A DNA stretch of 64,000 nt, from assembly GCA_028534125.1 (NCBI GenBank), contig CM052818.1, positions 7,442,001-7,506,000 of the forward strand, written 5' to 3'. Position 1 is the first letter of the stretch, and the number at the start of each line of letters is the position of its first letter. Below are positions 1 through 13,748 of the stretch, piece after piece. The notes below the pieces were generated by a model. That model worked only from the letters and a program-made list of their open reading frames with translations, searched no databases and had not been told where the DNA came from. The position numbers and the translations under genes are program-made. Source of the stretch: Lama glama. Its lineage: Eukaryota.

Positions 1-85
1 GTGTATGTGCCACTTGGTAGTCATTCAGTTGGATGGCTGGAAGGATGGACGAATGATGACAGGTTTACTCTCAGTGGTCATGCAC

Positions 86-529
86 TGTGGCAGACACTGT
101 CCATGCCTTGCCCGTATCACCTCTGCTCTCACTTCTGCACACCAAATGCGGGTTATCTCATGAACCTGCCTCCCTGCCTCTGCAAGCCTTTATCTGGCCA
201 GAGGAGCACTTCAGGCCTTGGGAGCCAGAAGCGGAGAGTTCAGGCCTAGAAGCAGCCCTCACCCCATGGTGGGTGGGGACCTGGTAGGTAATGAGCCCAG
301 CTTCCTTGCTTCTCAGTGGGGTGACCGAGGTGTGTCTGTACGGTGGGATTGAACCCAGTTGCCCTCGGTGGTAACGGTTTGATAACATATCCTTTATAGC
401 CTTTCTTTCCTTCCTGGTCTCCCTCTTCCATTCTCCTTCCAGTGTTTCCTGGGATCACCTTCCAGATGAACTGCTTGTCCTGGAATCCTTGTTTTAGAGC
501 ATGCTGCTATGGGAGCCCAAACTAAAACA
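86..529 (+). mobile_element. ERVL solo LTR, LTR16-like
   Basis: Starts TGTGGCAGACACTG and ends GGGAGCCCAAACTAAAACA (TG...CA). The internal TCCTGGGATCACCTTCCAGATGAACTGCTTG resembles the LTR16 polyA region. No intact TSD. Confidence 0.7.
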
Positions 530-1142
530 CTCAACTTACTGATTGTTCTGACATGTGACTGAACAGTCCCCAGGTGTCACCCGTAACCTTCTGTCTGCTT
601 CCTGAAAACAAGAATAATCTAGTCGGAAGAAAAGTAACGTTTACCTACACCTCATTGGAATAGTGTTAAACACTGACAAAGTATAAAAACACTAGATTTT
701 ATTGCCAAGTGATGTGCAATGAAGTAATAAGATCAGTAACCCTTCCCTGATCGGAGGCGCTCCCACAGCCTTCTTGATCTCTGCTTGGTCTGAGTTTTTC
801 TGCAGTGCATTATTTAACCCACACCTAATTGGGATAGTATTAAACTCATTCTTGATTAATTCTCTCTGGAAACTTTCATCTTATTAAGTATTTAACAGAA
901 GTTCAGTTTCATTACTGAAGCTGATCAGATTCTGTTATTTAAAGACTGAAAAGAGGACGAATGTCAGACCCACAAACCCATTTTCCTGGTCAACCTTCTT
1001 TGACAGCATAGTTTTCCTATCTCTAAGGCAGTCATGTTTGTTAAAGGAACGGTCCCTTTTAGCTTTTTTCTGACTATCAGTTTCCTAAGTCTCTCTAGCT
1101 CCTCAGAAAACCTACGATAGTTTCAAGCAACACTTTGAAGTG

Positions 1143-1300
1143 GTGGTTCTCTGCCCTAGGTGTGCATTGGAATCACCTGGGGAGCTTTTATTTCCAGGGA
1201 CTCTTGGGTCCCACTCCAGACCAAATTACGGTGTCCAGGAAGCAGTAGTTTTAAAGTTCTCCAGGGGATCCTAATGTGCAGCCAGGGCTGAGAATCACTG
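1143..1300. mobile_element. MER5-type hAT-Charlie non-autonomous DNA transposon
   Basis: GTGGTTCTC start, GAATCACCTGGGGAGCTT core, end ATGTGCAGCCAGGGCTGAGAATCACTG. Confidence 0.8.
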
Positions 1301-2548
1301 ATTTAAAGGAGCAGAGCTTCCAAAGCTATGAACACCAGCTGCCTCAGGTGCTGCAGCTCTGGACAAAGCAGGAAGAGCTGCAGGTGTCATGGATGGCAGC
1401 CCCAGGTGACGACACACGTCATAACAATCCAGTCTCTGCATTTGTGGCCGGCTCCCACCCTCCACCCCACCCTCCACTCACGCTTCGCTCCCTGCACTTG
1501 AGCCAAGAGGCCTCAGAAGGCCTCTCATCAAACCACCCACACTCTACTGGGAAAACCTCCACCATGCAAGGCAGTAACCTTTTGTTCCCATCGCAGAGCA
1601 AGGAACTCTGTGCCCCCAAGGAGAGGTTAAATCAGGAATTCTGTTTTCTCATCTGAAAGTGTATGCAGTTGAGCCACGTGCATTTTTATTTCTCGTGCAT
1701 TTCCATTTCCCTATCTTCCAGTCCGGGTCATTTTTGCTCCTGGCTGGCTGAACCTTCTGGTATTTTCTCAGCCTTGGTGGTTGTGGCTGCCTTTATCCCT
1801 GGGGTGTCATTCCGGAGAAGGAGTTTCTTATGTTCCCAGAAACAAGTAAATCAAAAAAAGCAAAAGAGAAAATGGAGCCTATGAGCGGTGACATCAGTTT
1901 ATGAGTGGCTTCTATTAAGCCTGGTCCTTAATGAGCTTAGGGCCCCAGAGGACTTCTCTAAGCCTGATAATGCTATCTCATAAAACTTGAAGAAACCACA
2001 GTGACCATTTGGGACTCCAAGCCAAATGGTAACATAATTTAAATAAATCAGTCCATGAGCTTTCTAAGATGTTTATAGATTTCGGTGTGTACATGCATTT
2101 TTCTGAGGAGACAGTCTCAAATTCTCATCCTAGTATGTGACCCCACAAAGAGAGAGAAACGGGGCCCCCACCCTGGCAGACACTTCACTCCCTCACCTTG
2201 GAGAGGCCAAGTCCTATGTCCTCTTCTGTGATGGGGGAGCAATTAATGATGTCTTCCCCTCAGGAAGGTGACACAGGGCTCTATAACTAAGTTCCACAAA
2301 GGGGATGGGGACTGTGAGTGTTGATGGGGACATGATGGACAGGAAGAGGGGGACGCACAGGGAGAGAGAACTGACATCTAGTGACTGGCTACTCTGTGCC
2401 AGCCCTGTGTTGGATCCTTGACCCATGATATTGCCTGGTGAACAGCTGCAGGGCACACTTATACCAGGGAGAAACCACACTGTATGACTGGACAAAGTCC
2501 CCAACCCCAAGGGACTTACTTTTGAAAGGGTCGGAGTAAATCTTTATA

Positions 2549-3228
2549 TTGCTGGTGGCTTACTGCCAGTTGTGCCCCAGTGTTTCACTTTTTTTTTCTC
2601 TAGCAGCACTGCCCAGTAGAACTTTCTGTGGTGTTGAAAATGTCTTATATCCTCACTGTCCAGTGCCGTCACCATGAGCCACATGTGGCTGTCGAGCACT
2701 TGAAGTGTGGCCAGGCTGACTGGAGAACTGAATTTGAAATTTCCCCTAATTTTAGTTCATTTAGATTTAAATAGCCACATGTGGCTAGCAGCTACCAGGA
2801 TTGAACAGTGAATTTCTAGAGTAACCCCAATTTTTAGCTGGGCATATGATCACCAAAATAAAGACTGTTTCATAGCCTCCCTTGCAGGCATGTGATTAAG
2901 GCCACTACTGAAGGGGTGTGATGTAGGTGACTTCTGAGTTATGCCCTAGGGGGAAGCAGCCCTTCCCCTCACCTTCTACTACCCCTTGCTGGCTAGAGCA
3001 GAATGTAGCTGTGTGCCATCTGGACCAGGTGATGAACACACCACCTTAGGGATAGCAGAGCAATAAGACGAAAGGAGCCTGCATCCCTGAGAATGACTTC
3101 AGGTAGCAGTGCCCCAAGTCCAGCTCAGACATCTCTGTGTGGAGAAACTACAATTCCATTTCATTTAGCCACTATTACTTTGGGTCTCTGACATGGAACT
3201 GCACCTATATCCTATCCTAACCGATACA
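2549..3228 (+). mobile_element. MaLR solo LTR, MLT1J/I-like, interrupted by MER3
   Basis: AACCCCAATTTTTAGCTGGGC...CAGCCTCCCTTGCAG-like 5' part, CTTAGGGATAGCAGAGCAATAAGACGAAAGGAGCCTG, TTTAGCCACTATTACTTTGGG, end CCTAACCGATACA. Confidence 0.65.
2604..2813 (+). mobile_element. MER3 (hAT-Charlie), near full length
   Basis: CAGCACTGCCCAGTAGAACTTTCTG start and two AGCCACATGTGGCT palindromes. Flanked by TCTAG-containing target-like 8-mers. Confidence 0.85.
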
Positions 3229-4530
3229 CTGCCCTCCTGTCTTCTACAGAAATTGTGGGGAACAAATGTCCTAATTGTGGTTTTGATCATGTGATCGCAA
3301 AGCTTCTGCAGCTTAAGGGCAGAATCCAAAGTCAGAGGCCTCTACTTAGCAAAGTGCCTTGGTGAGCTGGTAGATGTGCACAGGTAGACCTGAATTTTGT
3401 GGGGAGAAAGAGGTGGAGAGCTAGATGCTATGCATGAGAAAGAAGTCAGAATTTGGAGACGACTGGCCCTTACAAAGGGAAGAAAAGCCTAGAAAGGGGA
3501 GAAGGAGAGACCTGAGAAATGGCATTGGGATGGGCCTCAGGGATGGCATGACTGGCAAGAAATTTCCTCAGGTGACAATAACTGATGGGCTTTCACATCA
3601 ATGATGTCCGATGTTCCTGTTGTTCCTGTAACCTCTCCATTGCTCCGAACACTGCAACACACCACAGGCTCGTGTCATTGGTGCTTTGGAGAAAATGAAG
3701 GAATTAGGGCAGTGTCCAGCATGGGACAAAACAGTGGGGAGAACAGAGCAGTTCTAGGAGGCAAGACACACAGTAGCTCAAGAGTGAAGCGGAAGCAAGG
3801 AATCTGAGCAAAAGGTGACAAGGAGACAAGGAAGCTCCCTGAGAGTCCCCTGAGACATTTCAAGGAGGAGCAGTCTGGCTCCTACCACACTGGGGCCAGG
3901 GTTCTTGCCACTCTACCTGAACACTAGAGAAAAGTGTCACCCAGTAAGTCTGTGTAGCCTAAGATATCCAGGCCGCTGACCCTGGTTTTGTGGTTAGCCA
4001 TGGCACTCTCTTTCCTCCTGGCCAGCTGCCAAAGACCTGACAGCCAAGCAGGGAGGAGAAACAAATGTTTCCTTCATGCTTGCCCTGCATGAGCCTGGAC
4101 TAAAGGAGATCTGCTCCTCTTTAATCTAGAGCACACAGTCATTAGGAAGAGTGAGAAAATCTATAATTGGTCAGAAGACCAGAATGGAATAGTGAGCCTA
4201 GTGCTTGGAGATGAAGGGAGCAGGAGCTTGGGAATTCCGGATCTGAGAGGAACCAGAGCCCCATGTCTCAACTGGCTCCTGAGGCAGAGCATATAACACT
4301 TGGGGAAAGTGTTTGCAGTGGTTACTGCTAATAGTAACACTTGTGTTCAACACCCAAATATACTCTGTTTACATTTGTTCAAGTGATGGAATTTTAGGAG
4401 CTGTACCTGGGGCAATAGAAAGGTGACAGGCGTTTCTATGGTAACCTTCCTGAATCCGGTCCTATCACATCTTCAGTCAGGTTAAGGCAGAGACCAAAGA
4501 TTGGGATCCATTGGGAAAAAACATTTGGAG

Positions 4531-4757
4531 ATAACAGTCATTGATGTTTATTGCCTTCTATGTACCAGTATCGTGCTAAACACTCTATATTCTATACATT
4601 CTTCACAACAAGTCTATGATGCACATTAACAGATGAAGAAACTGAGGCTAAAGCAGATTAGTAACTGGCACACAGTTACAAAGCAAGTAAGTGGTCTGAC
4701 AGGGATTTGAACCCGGGCCAGCTGCCATCAGCATCCACACACTTAGCCACTACCATT
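4531..4757 (-). mobile_element. MIR SINE
   Basis: Core ACAGATGAAGAAACTGAGGCT and the reverse B-box GGGATTTGAACCC. Confidence 0.8.
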
Positions 4758-7700
4758 TTCTGCCTCTTCGCTCTGCGAGTGTTGTACTTGGGCCTTGGGT
4801 GCAGACAGCCCTTCAGCACCATCAGCAGCCCTCCCGGGAGCACAGAGCCTAGAGCAGGGGACTGTAACCTCAGATGGCAAATATCCTGGGGTGAAACCAC
4901 ATGGCTGTTAAGTTGCAGCCTAGAAGGTTTTGTTTTTGTTAGTTACGTACATCTGTTTATCGACTTAGTTACTGATCACATCATAAAAATCATAAAAGCA
5001 GAATGTTTCCAAAGCATTTCTGTCATTTGACCTTTCAAGCCGTTTTTGGATTCCAGGCAAGCAAAGAATTGATTGTAATTTGAACAATAAATGGTCATTT
5101 TCAAACTCAGCTTTAACTTTACTGAACATGTAGCTCTCTCATCTTGTTATTTGTTGCCTGCCAAAATAACGACACACATTTTCACTAAATTTTGCATTTA
5201 GTAGGAAAATTATATTTCATTTAAATACACATGGAGAGTAGTTCTAATGAGTACAAACCTTAATGAAGCTCATTTAAAAACACAGTAGAGTGTCTGAAAA
5301 CTGTATACATGGTATGTTTCTCTTATGTCCTCCCTTGGGTTAATAAATACTTAGGGACCAGCTTAACTGTCAGCTTAACTCTTTTATTGCATACCCACCC
5401 AAGTATCTAATGATTCTGGAAGGAGACAGTTTCTTCCATTTTGAGGTAGCATCTCTTACCCTGGAATTAGAATTCGAGGTTTATCTGATACTGACTTTGC
5501 ATTGTCAAAAATACTTTGGAGATTATGACATTAATTTTTAAAGGAGGAGGTCCAGGATGGTCATCCTGTTATATAAAAATCTGTATTTAAAGTTTGTAAT
5601 GTATTTTCAGTTCTGTATCTTGGTGTATATTGGACCCATATTACTCCATTAGTAGAAAGCAAGGAGAAGGTTTTTAAATTTTCTGTTATATCAGCAGTTA
5701 CATCAGATGTTGTAAAGGAGAAGATGGACTTGAGCAGCTTGTAAAAGTACTGCATGGGGTTTTCATTTATTCAGATTTGTAGAGTGATTTGAGGATCTAA
5801 CCTTGTCCTGAAAAGGCTCCTAAGGGAGAAGCATGTCAGTTGCATTTGGAAAGTGTCTCAAAAGAGCCTTTCCCTGAAGGATCCAGAACTTGTACAGCAT
5901 CATCAGCTAGTGTCAGTGCCGCTGGGGAAATCTGGTTTCTCAGATACAACAAGGATCCTGCGAAATGACATTTGCAAAGTGAGGGTCTAGCCAGTTTGGA
6001 GCAAGAATTCGCACATTCACACTGCAGTCCTCACTGCTGGCACAGACCACAGAATTGTGAACATTTTTAGCACGAAGAGCTGGCACTTGGCTCTGACCCC
6101 TGTGGCTAGAGCCTGTGAAGAAATAGATAAGGGGTTGTACACTTTGCTCCTAATAACCATGTTCTTTTGACGTTGTGGATTTTTGCACAAAATTACCCAG
6201 AAAGTGTACACATGCTCCTTACTTCAGTAAACCCTCCTGGGAGTGAAAAAATATATAGTGATCTTTGGAGAGATTGGAGTTTCCATTTCTAAAGGTTTTG
6301 GAGCAGACGCTAAGTTTATTCCCACCCAGGAAAAACAGCTACAACACTTAGGGGTAAAAAAGGAAAATTTGTTTTCAATGTGAGTTACGACAAACCGAGG
6401 GATTAGAAATTTAGGAAGAAGGAAACTTATCTGAGCGAGGACAGTGGCCAAAAATCTCAGTGCAACATTGGGCAGAAGCTCCTTTTCAGGCTTATAGGGG
6501 ATTCCTATCCCACACTTTGGGCTCTGTGGTGCCCCAAAGGCTCCCCACAAGTCTCCTTTTAGGAAAAGTCACATCTCCACAAAGTCAAGTAAAATGTTGT
6601 CTGGAAGGAGGGATACGTTAATCCAACGTTACTGATTTTCGAATTATCAGAGTCCCTAAGGAAGAGACTAAGAATGAGTAAGTTTGGGATGTGGGTATCG
6701 AGTGGAGAAGGATAAGGAGACCCAGAAATTGGTCCAGAGTATGAGATGGGTCAGTGCCAGGCAGGAAGGAGGCCCTAGGTAGCCCGGGAAGCCTGGTGCC
6801 TACATTCCGGGAACAGGTGGTGGACAGAAGCAGATCATCCCTGGCTGCGTCTCCATTAAGTCCTCATTGACTGTGGCACAGGTGCACAGATACTTTTTTT
6901 TAAAACCAGTTTTTCATCAGCTGTTTTTATGCAGCACTTGTCTTCATCAGTCACGAAGCCTCAAACCTCGCTGTACCACGCAGTGGCGCGACTCTTTCCG
7001 TCAGGTCTACACAGCTCTGGTTTCAGTGGCTCTGCCAGTCATAGCCATTTCTGGACTGTTTGCTTCCAAGTTGCTCTGAGCACAAGACCAGCCTGAATGC
7101 TTGAAATCCACAGAGGCAGAGACTCATTGCAACCATCAGCCCTCACCTGCTGCCATGGATTCTTCCACTAGAGCTGCCCATAGTACCTAAATGAGCAGGT
7201 AACATCCCCCCTCTGGCTGCACTCTGCTGCCTCTTGCCCTCTAACAGGGGCGGGAGGTCAGAGGAGAAGGGTCAGTGAGTCTGAATTATCCTCTACTGGG
7301 ATAATAAGCCCTGTAATAATCAGGAAACATTGGGGTTCCCCTAGATATTTGTTCAGCATTCTCCCTTCACGCTCTGCTTTGCACGCACATCACTCATCAG
7401 GCCCTGAGTCATGGATAATTCACCAGCTATTTTACCGGCCACATTACTTTGCAGTGGGTGGAAGCTTCCAATTGGCCTGTAGCCCTCCAAAGCTAAAACA
7501 AAAAGCCTATTTTCTACCATGTTGAGCTTTTCGGCTCTAGCAATGAATATACTTGAACCCCGAAAGGCGTTCTTGAAATCGGAGAGCTACAGCTAGTAGC
7601 CCTGACCCATAGGCCTATCTGTTTCTTGCCTAAATTTAAAAAGTCCAAGTCTATTTTTCCCTCTCTTTCTGGGAAGCTGACCTAAATAAGCAAGGGTGTG

Positions 7701-7774
7701 CCATAAATGTCTTTCAAGACTCGACTTGTAGGTTCTAATTATAATTAAGGCAATAATAATACTATTTTGTATTT

Positions 7775-8230
7775 TCGCTGTGCCTTTCTTTCAAAGTGCT
7801 CCGAGCACTCCCAGCTGCGTGAGGGCGGGTATGACGGGTCCGTTTGTGTCTACTTGCAGATTCTAATTACACCTTCTTTGGACTTTGGTTCTAAACTCAG
7901 ATTCCTTCCAAGAGCCGAGGGCACAAGGGTGCGTGACCCAGGCGAACTTTCCTGGGTGTTTGCCTGCCCTCCGCCCATTATAGCTGATGGAGGAGCTTTT
8001 CACCTTGCCGGCCCCTGGTGGCTGGACCTGACCCTCGGGTGTTTTCAGAAGCTGCGCAGGCTCCCCCCAGTCCCTTCCCGCCGGGAAGCCTCTGCGCCGG
8101 CGCCCCCACTCCCCAGACTCCCCGGTGCCAGGGAATGAGCTCGGCTTCCTGCCTCTAAGCCAGGGAAGGGCCCCTCCTCTGAACCGGCTGGAAGCCTGCC
8201 CTGGGTGGACTCTACGCCCTCCCCTCGTTG
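7775..8230. promoter_or_regulatory. weak CpG-rich patch with GC boxes (candidate promoter/enhancer)
   Basis: Locally high GC with retained CpGs. GGGCGGG near 7823, CCGCCC near 7971. No repeat similarity seen. Confidence 0.35.
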
Positions 8231-10489
8231 TCCCAGCTCCAGGTCAGGAATGGGTTTGGGCTTGCTTATGTCCCTGACTTTGTGCCAGTGTGACTGGGGA
8301 CAGGCGTCACCCAGAAGTTTTGTTTTGTCTTCCAGGATCCCTAAAACCTTGTATGGTGGGCTCTTCCTCTGGCTCTGGAGGGAAACCCAGGCAGACCCTC
8401 TGACTTTTCTGGTCCCTCTTAGCTGAAAAAGAGGCCTGAAGTCACTGAAGTCACAAAATAGAGTCTCAATCCAGAAATAAAAATGCCCAGTCCTATGTAA
8501 TAATAAAAACTACAAACCAAACTTAAAGTTGAGGCCTCTCCTGGCTTCCAGCTCAGGCCACCCGTGCGAGGGAGGGCAGCTGTGCTTGACTCTCTCCCTT
8601 CAACTGCTGACTGCAGTTTCTGACCCCCAGCTGCACCCCCAAACACACACACACAGTTGGAGGAGAAGGGAGATCTGGAAAAGGGAGCAGGAAAGTTCTA
8701 GGGAGGGCCTTCTCAGGGCTTGGCCAGTATTATAGTTCAGTCTTCTTCAGAGACACCCCACCACCTCCCTGGCCCGCACCTCAGCGTCCCTGGGTTCTCT
8801 CACCTGTGGGTCTCAGGACAACGTGGGTCAGTGCATCTAGATCCCAGCAGTTGCTTATACTCCCTTGGTTCCTGGAAATTCAGTGATGTCTCTGCTTCTC
8901 TCAGCTGAGGTCCCTTTACCCCCTCCGAGGTGACTTGGGGGACAGCATCCAAGTCCCCAGGCTGGTTCTCTCATCATATGTGGTCTGCTGTCTGTATTCT
9001 TTGCCCTACACCCACTCTCCCAGTCCTCTCTCCTTGCTCTGCTTCAAGGCCACCAGCCAGTCCACATGGGTTTTCCGGCCTCCTCCAATCCACTGTGTCC
9101 CCCAAACTGAAGGTGACATACATGGAGTTCTTCGTAAGCCTCTCTATTGTGAGGGGAAGGAGGTACATCTCCACCACTTGTGTGCAAGGATGATGGGGCC
9201 CACAGCATACCGTCAGCCTTCTCCAAAATTCTCACTGAAAATCTTGTCTCTAAACTCCCATTCTCATCTCTTCTTTTAAGTTGAATGTTGAGAGGGCATT
9301 AAGAATAACCTAACTGGGCTTTTTTCCTACCTCTTTGTAACTAATTTTTGAATTCTGAATGTTGTACCTCATTTTGAATTTTGGTTTTTCTGGATATAAC
9401 CCCGATTTGGTAAGAGAGGAATGCACCAGCAGAAATCCTGCCTGGACTCCCTCTGGGATTTTCACATCACATGCTCAATAGAGCCTTGATTGTTTGAACA
9501 CAGATTTTCCCCATTTCTAAGTTGGAGTTTTTATGAACCCATGATGTTGAATCGCTGAAGGAATATGGAATTAGGGTTTCTCTGTTTCCTGTGAAAATCA
9601 GTATAGCCAGTCCTTGTTGGCCTCCACTAAAATGTACTTAGGCTTCCCAGTAAGGGCAAGAGAGCCATAGTATTTGAGTCCATATTACAAATGCATCTTG
9701 TGAATGCCTGGTACCCAGAAGGAGTCTGTCCCATCCAATCTCAATTCACTTCCCTAATTAAGACAGCTATGGTATGTCTTGGAATATCTACCCCTTCTAT
9801 TAGTATCATCCAGGTGTCTGAAAGAACAACTTGGAAAAGCATCTAGACATTTTGAAAAATGATGGTCAAAGACAGTGCCCAGTATATTACCTAATGTCCC
9901 TTCCTTATAAGGGTAACTATTTGATAAAACTCTACTAAAATTCAGTACCAGAAGATATTTCTATCCATTCTCAGTCTTGTATGCTTCCTTTTGTTTGCCA
10001 ATGAGAACTCTGTAACTTGATGTATTTCTCATTTTGCTTTGCTTTGCCAGGCAGCTCAGTACTAAATTGAATGTTCCATTGCAGCAACTAATTCAGCCCG
10101 GCAAGCAAGCATGTTTATCTCTTTTCACTTTTATTTGGTTTCCATTATTTCTTTCTCTCTTTAAATATTCTGTTGTGTTTTTCAATATATCTTAACACTA
10201 TAAACCACCTCCAATCCTTTTTTTTTTTTGAGGTCATCAGGATGTAAATCCTAAATAAATATGAACAAAACTTACATTTGTTTATTCCTTCAAAAATATT
10301 TCACCCTCTGTGTACCCAGCATTTGGCAAGTCTCTCCCCAGAAGTGGAGAGGAGGTGGTACCCCTAGCTGCCCTCCGTCCTCGTGGGACTTTAGCCAAAC
10401 TGTAGGGAAAGAAACAATGGTAAGCAAACAGATCTTTCTCCCCTCATAGAGCTCCCAGGGCATCAGGTTCACATGCAGAGGGAGGGGCA

Positions 10490-10790
10490 CTGAAAACTCA
10501 GCACAAAGGCAAGAACCTGAGAAGGAAAGTTAGGAGACAGCGGAGTTATGGAAGCCAAGGGAAGTGAGTTGCCAAAGAAAGGAGAATCCCTGATACAAAA
10601 AGACCAAGGGAGACAGGAGATGTGCCCACTGAGCAACAGGAAGGTCACCAGTTACTCTGCCCAGAGCGGTTTCATTGGACTGCTGGATGGGAGATAAAGA
10701 AGTAGAGACAGCAAGGGTAGACAGTTCCTTCAAGAAGTCTGGCTGTGGCAGGGAGAGATAGGGTGGATGCTGGAGGAGGGTGTGATGGCT
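10490..10790 (-). mobile_element. L2 LINE fragment
   Basis: Purine-rich L2 antisense text, e.g. GGAAGCCAAGGGAAG, GCAACAGGAAGGTCACCAG, GAGACAGCAAGGGTAGACAGTTCCTTCAAGAAGTCTGGCTGTG. Confidence 0.7.
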
Positions 10791-11948
10791 GCACTGAGAG
10801 TGGACCCAGCCCCAACAGGGAAGACCATTTTGGTAACTTCAAATGGTTATTTGAATTTCTGTTGAGTTCCAAGTCTTCTTGTGCTTAGGGTCAATACCAA
10901 TTTCCCAGAAAAGAGAGGGTTCCAGGATGCCTGGGCTATCGGGTGAAGGAGATAAGGAAGGGTGCAGGCACTTAAACTGCTGGCTGGTTAGCTGTCTTCT
11001 CTTCTCTTAACCGTCATGGTGGCTGTGGCTGCCATCTTCCCTGAGCACCCAGGATCCCAGGAGCATCTAAGGATTCTATTCTCTACTCTGATGTCTGGCG
11101 CACTTGGCTGCCAGCCCACAGCTGGCCTCCATCCCAGCCTTCCAAAATCTGTGCGATCAATTCCCCCACACAGCAGAGGAAAGGGGTTGCCAACAAGCCC
11201 CATGAGCACAGGAAATACATTCACATTGCACTTTTCCAGCCCTGGGTTCAAGTCCCACTGGATTTGTGCTGGTTGCTTCCTTTATTTACCCTGCATTAGC
11301 TTGATTCATCTTAAGGATGGCTCTGATGACTTCAGAAAGCAGTCTGCATTGTGGTTTTAATGTTGCGAACCTAAGAAAGGAGCTGAATATCTTCACAGTA
11401 GACAGAGGGGCCATGTGAAGCATTTCCAAATTTACTTTCCCAAATGATGAAAGAAAAGTGGTAACTTTCTCCAAAATCACAGTGACTCAATATGTAATAA
11501 CATGATATTTCGCCTACCCTTGCTTCTCTGTCATGCACTTAACTTGTACATCACATCAACATTCAGTCAACTCTCTCCTACTTTATAATGAGATTTTTAC
11601 ATTGCTTTCTTTGTCTTGGCTGCCAGGAGGATCATATTTCGGTTTTATTTTCAGATACAGCAACCTTCTTGACTTTTTTGGCTGGCGTATTCATTTATCC
11701 ACTTTCTTTGGCTCTTTTTTTTAACTTTGCCATATTTTACTTAGTTCCTGTATATGGCATTTTTGGAAACTGCTTTATATCTTTTTTGAAAATGAAGTAG
11801 AGAAGAAATAAAAATCAATAAACGGTTATGCATCCCCTATTTTGTGAGTTCATTCTACTTCCAGTTTACTCTTATTTGTGGTATAGGAGTGATTCTTAAC
11901 CTGTTTTCAGAGATAAACTTGCTGTTTCACTGAAGACTTCAGGAAGGG

Positions 11949-11974
11949 GTGTGTGTGTGTGTGTGTGTGTGTGT
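11949..11974. repeat. (GT)n microsatellite
   Basis: Perfect GT run of about 13 units. Confidence 0.95.
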
Positions 11975-11986
11975 AGCAAGACACAT

Positions 11987-12210
11987 TATAGCATCATGGT
12001 TACAAATGTGAGCTTTGAAGACAGACTGCCTGGGTTCAAATCCCAAATTTTTACTTAGCAGCTAAGTGACTTCGAGTGAGTTCCTTAATTCTGTGCCCTT
12101 CAGTTTTAATTACGAGAGTAATGCTACTTACCACATAATGTGATTGTGAGGATGAAATGCTAATACATTAATAGATGTAAAGTGCTTGAAAGAGGGGCTC
12201 CATTAGTGTT
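11987..12210 (+). mobile_element. MIR SINE
   Basis: CAGACTGCCTGGGTTCAAATCCC B-box region and 3' GATGTAAAGTGCTTGAAA. Confidence 0.8.
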
Positions 12211-12804
12211 AATGGTTATTGGTAAGGTGGGGTAGGCAGGGAGGTGATGCCAAAAATCTAGGTCCCTCTTCTTGGGACCCTTAGAGAAGAAAGAGAGGAC
12301 TGGATAGTCGTAAATGGCTAAGAAATCACCACTCTGTTCAGCAGGCCTCATTTTCCTGGTGGAGACACTAGCTCTACGTAGTCTCATTCTAATTTTCCTG
12401 CTTTATTGGTTGGACCAAAACCTCCACAGGGGGCTGTGTGTATTCCTCAGTTTAATCCATTACTTGAGCTTTTAATTCCAATGGCTTAATTGTTTTATTC
12501 TTAGATTTTCAATTTGGTTCTTTGTTATTATTTGTCAGTCACAGAGTCAGTTTTTATTGTTATGAAGCTATATATGCTCATTGTTAAAAGAGGCAAATAG
12601 TCCTAAAGGGAGATCCTGTGTTCTCCTTCCCAGAGGAGATACTTTCAGCTCTTGCAGCCACTTGTTTGAGATTTACTGCTCTAAGTGTTGTTTCTTGCAA
12701 TCCCCCTATGGAAAATAAGAGTTTAATTCTCTTTCACCTTCATGCCCCACCAGTCACCCATGCTGCCCTGAATTCCATCCTTCTAGTAGTTATATATCAT
12801 TTAA

Positions 12805-13248
12805 TTAAATTGCTTTGTATTTCCCTGATGATTAGTGATATTGAGCATCTTCTAATGTGCCTATTGGCTATCTGTATGTCTTCTTTGGAAAAAATGTCTA
12901 TTCAGGTCCTCTGCCCATTTTTTAATTGAGTTGTTTGTTTTTTTGATGTTGAGTTGTATGAGTACTCTGTATGTTTTGGATATTAACCCCTTGTTGGATA
13001 TATTGTTTGCAAATATTTTCTTCCATTCAGTAGGCTATCTTTTCATTTTATTGATAATCTCTTTCACTGTGCAAAAGCTTTTTAACTTGATGTAGTCCCG
13101 TTTGTTTCTTTTTGCTTTTGTTTCCCTTGGCTAAGGAGATAGATCCAAAAAAGTATTGTTAAGACCAATGTCAAACAGCATGCTGTCTATGTTTTCTTCC
13201 AGAAGGTTTATGGTTTCAGGTTTTATATTCAAATCTTTAATCCATTTT
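12805..13248 (-). mobile_element. older L1 ORF2 3' fragment (host of a nested L1)
   Basis: Typical antisense L1 text: TTTCCCTGATGATTAGTGATATTGAGCATCTT, GTCTTCTTTGGAAAAAATGTCTATTCAGGTCC, TGTGCAAAAGCTTTTTAAC. Confidence 0.9.
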
Positions 13249-13713
13249 TTTAATTGAAGTATAGTCAGTTTACAATGTTGTGTCAATTTCTGATGTATAG
13301 CGTAATGTTTCAGTCATACATATACATATATATATTTGTTTTCATATTCTTTTTCATTATAGGTTACTACATGATATTGAATACAGTTTCCTGTGCTACA
13401 CAGTATAAACTTGTTTATCTATTTTATATATAGTAGTTAGTATCTGCAAATCGCAAACTCCCGATTTATCCCTTCCCACCATCTTACCCCTCCACCAGTA
13501 ACCATAAGTTTGTTTTCTATGTCTGTAAGTCTGTTTCTGTTTTATAAATAAGTTCATTTGTGTCTTTTTTTTTAGATTCCACATATAAGTGATATCACAT
13601 GGTATTTTTCTTTCTCTTTCTGGCTGACTTCACTTAGAATGATGATCTCCAGGTCCATCCATGTTGCAGCAGATGTCATTATTTTATTCATTTTTATGAC
13701 TGAGTAGTATTCC

Positions 13714-13748
<35 letters not shown>

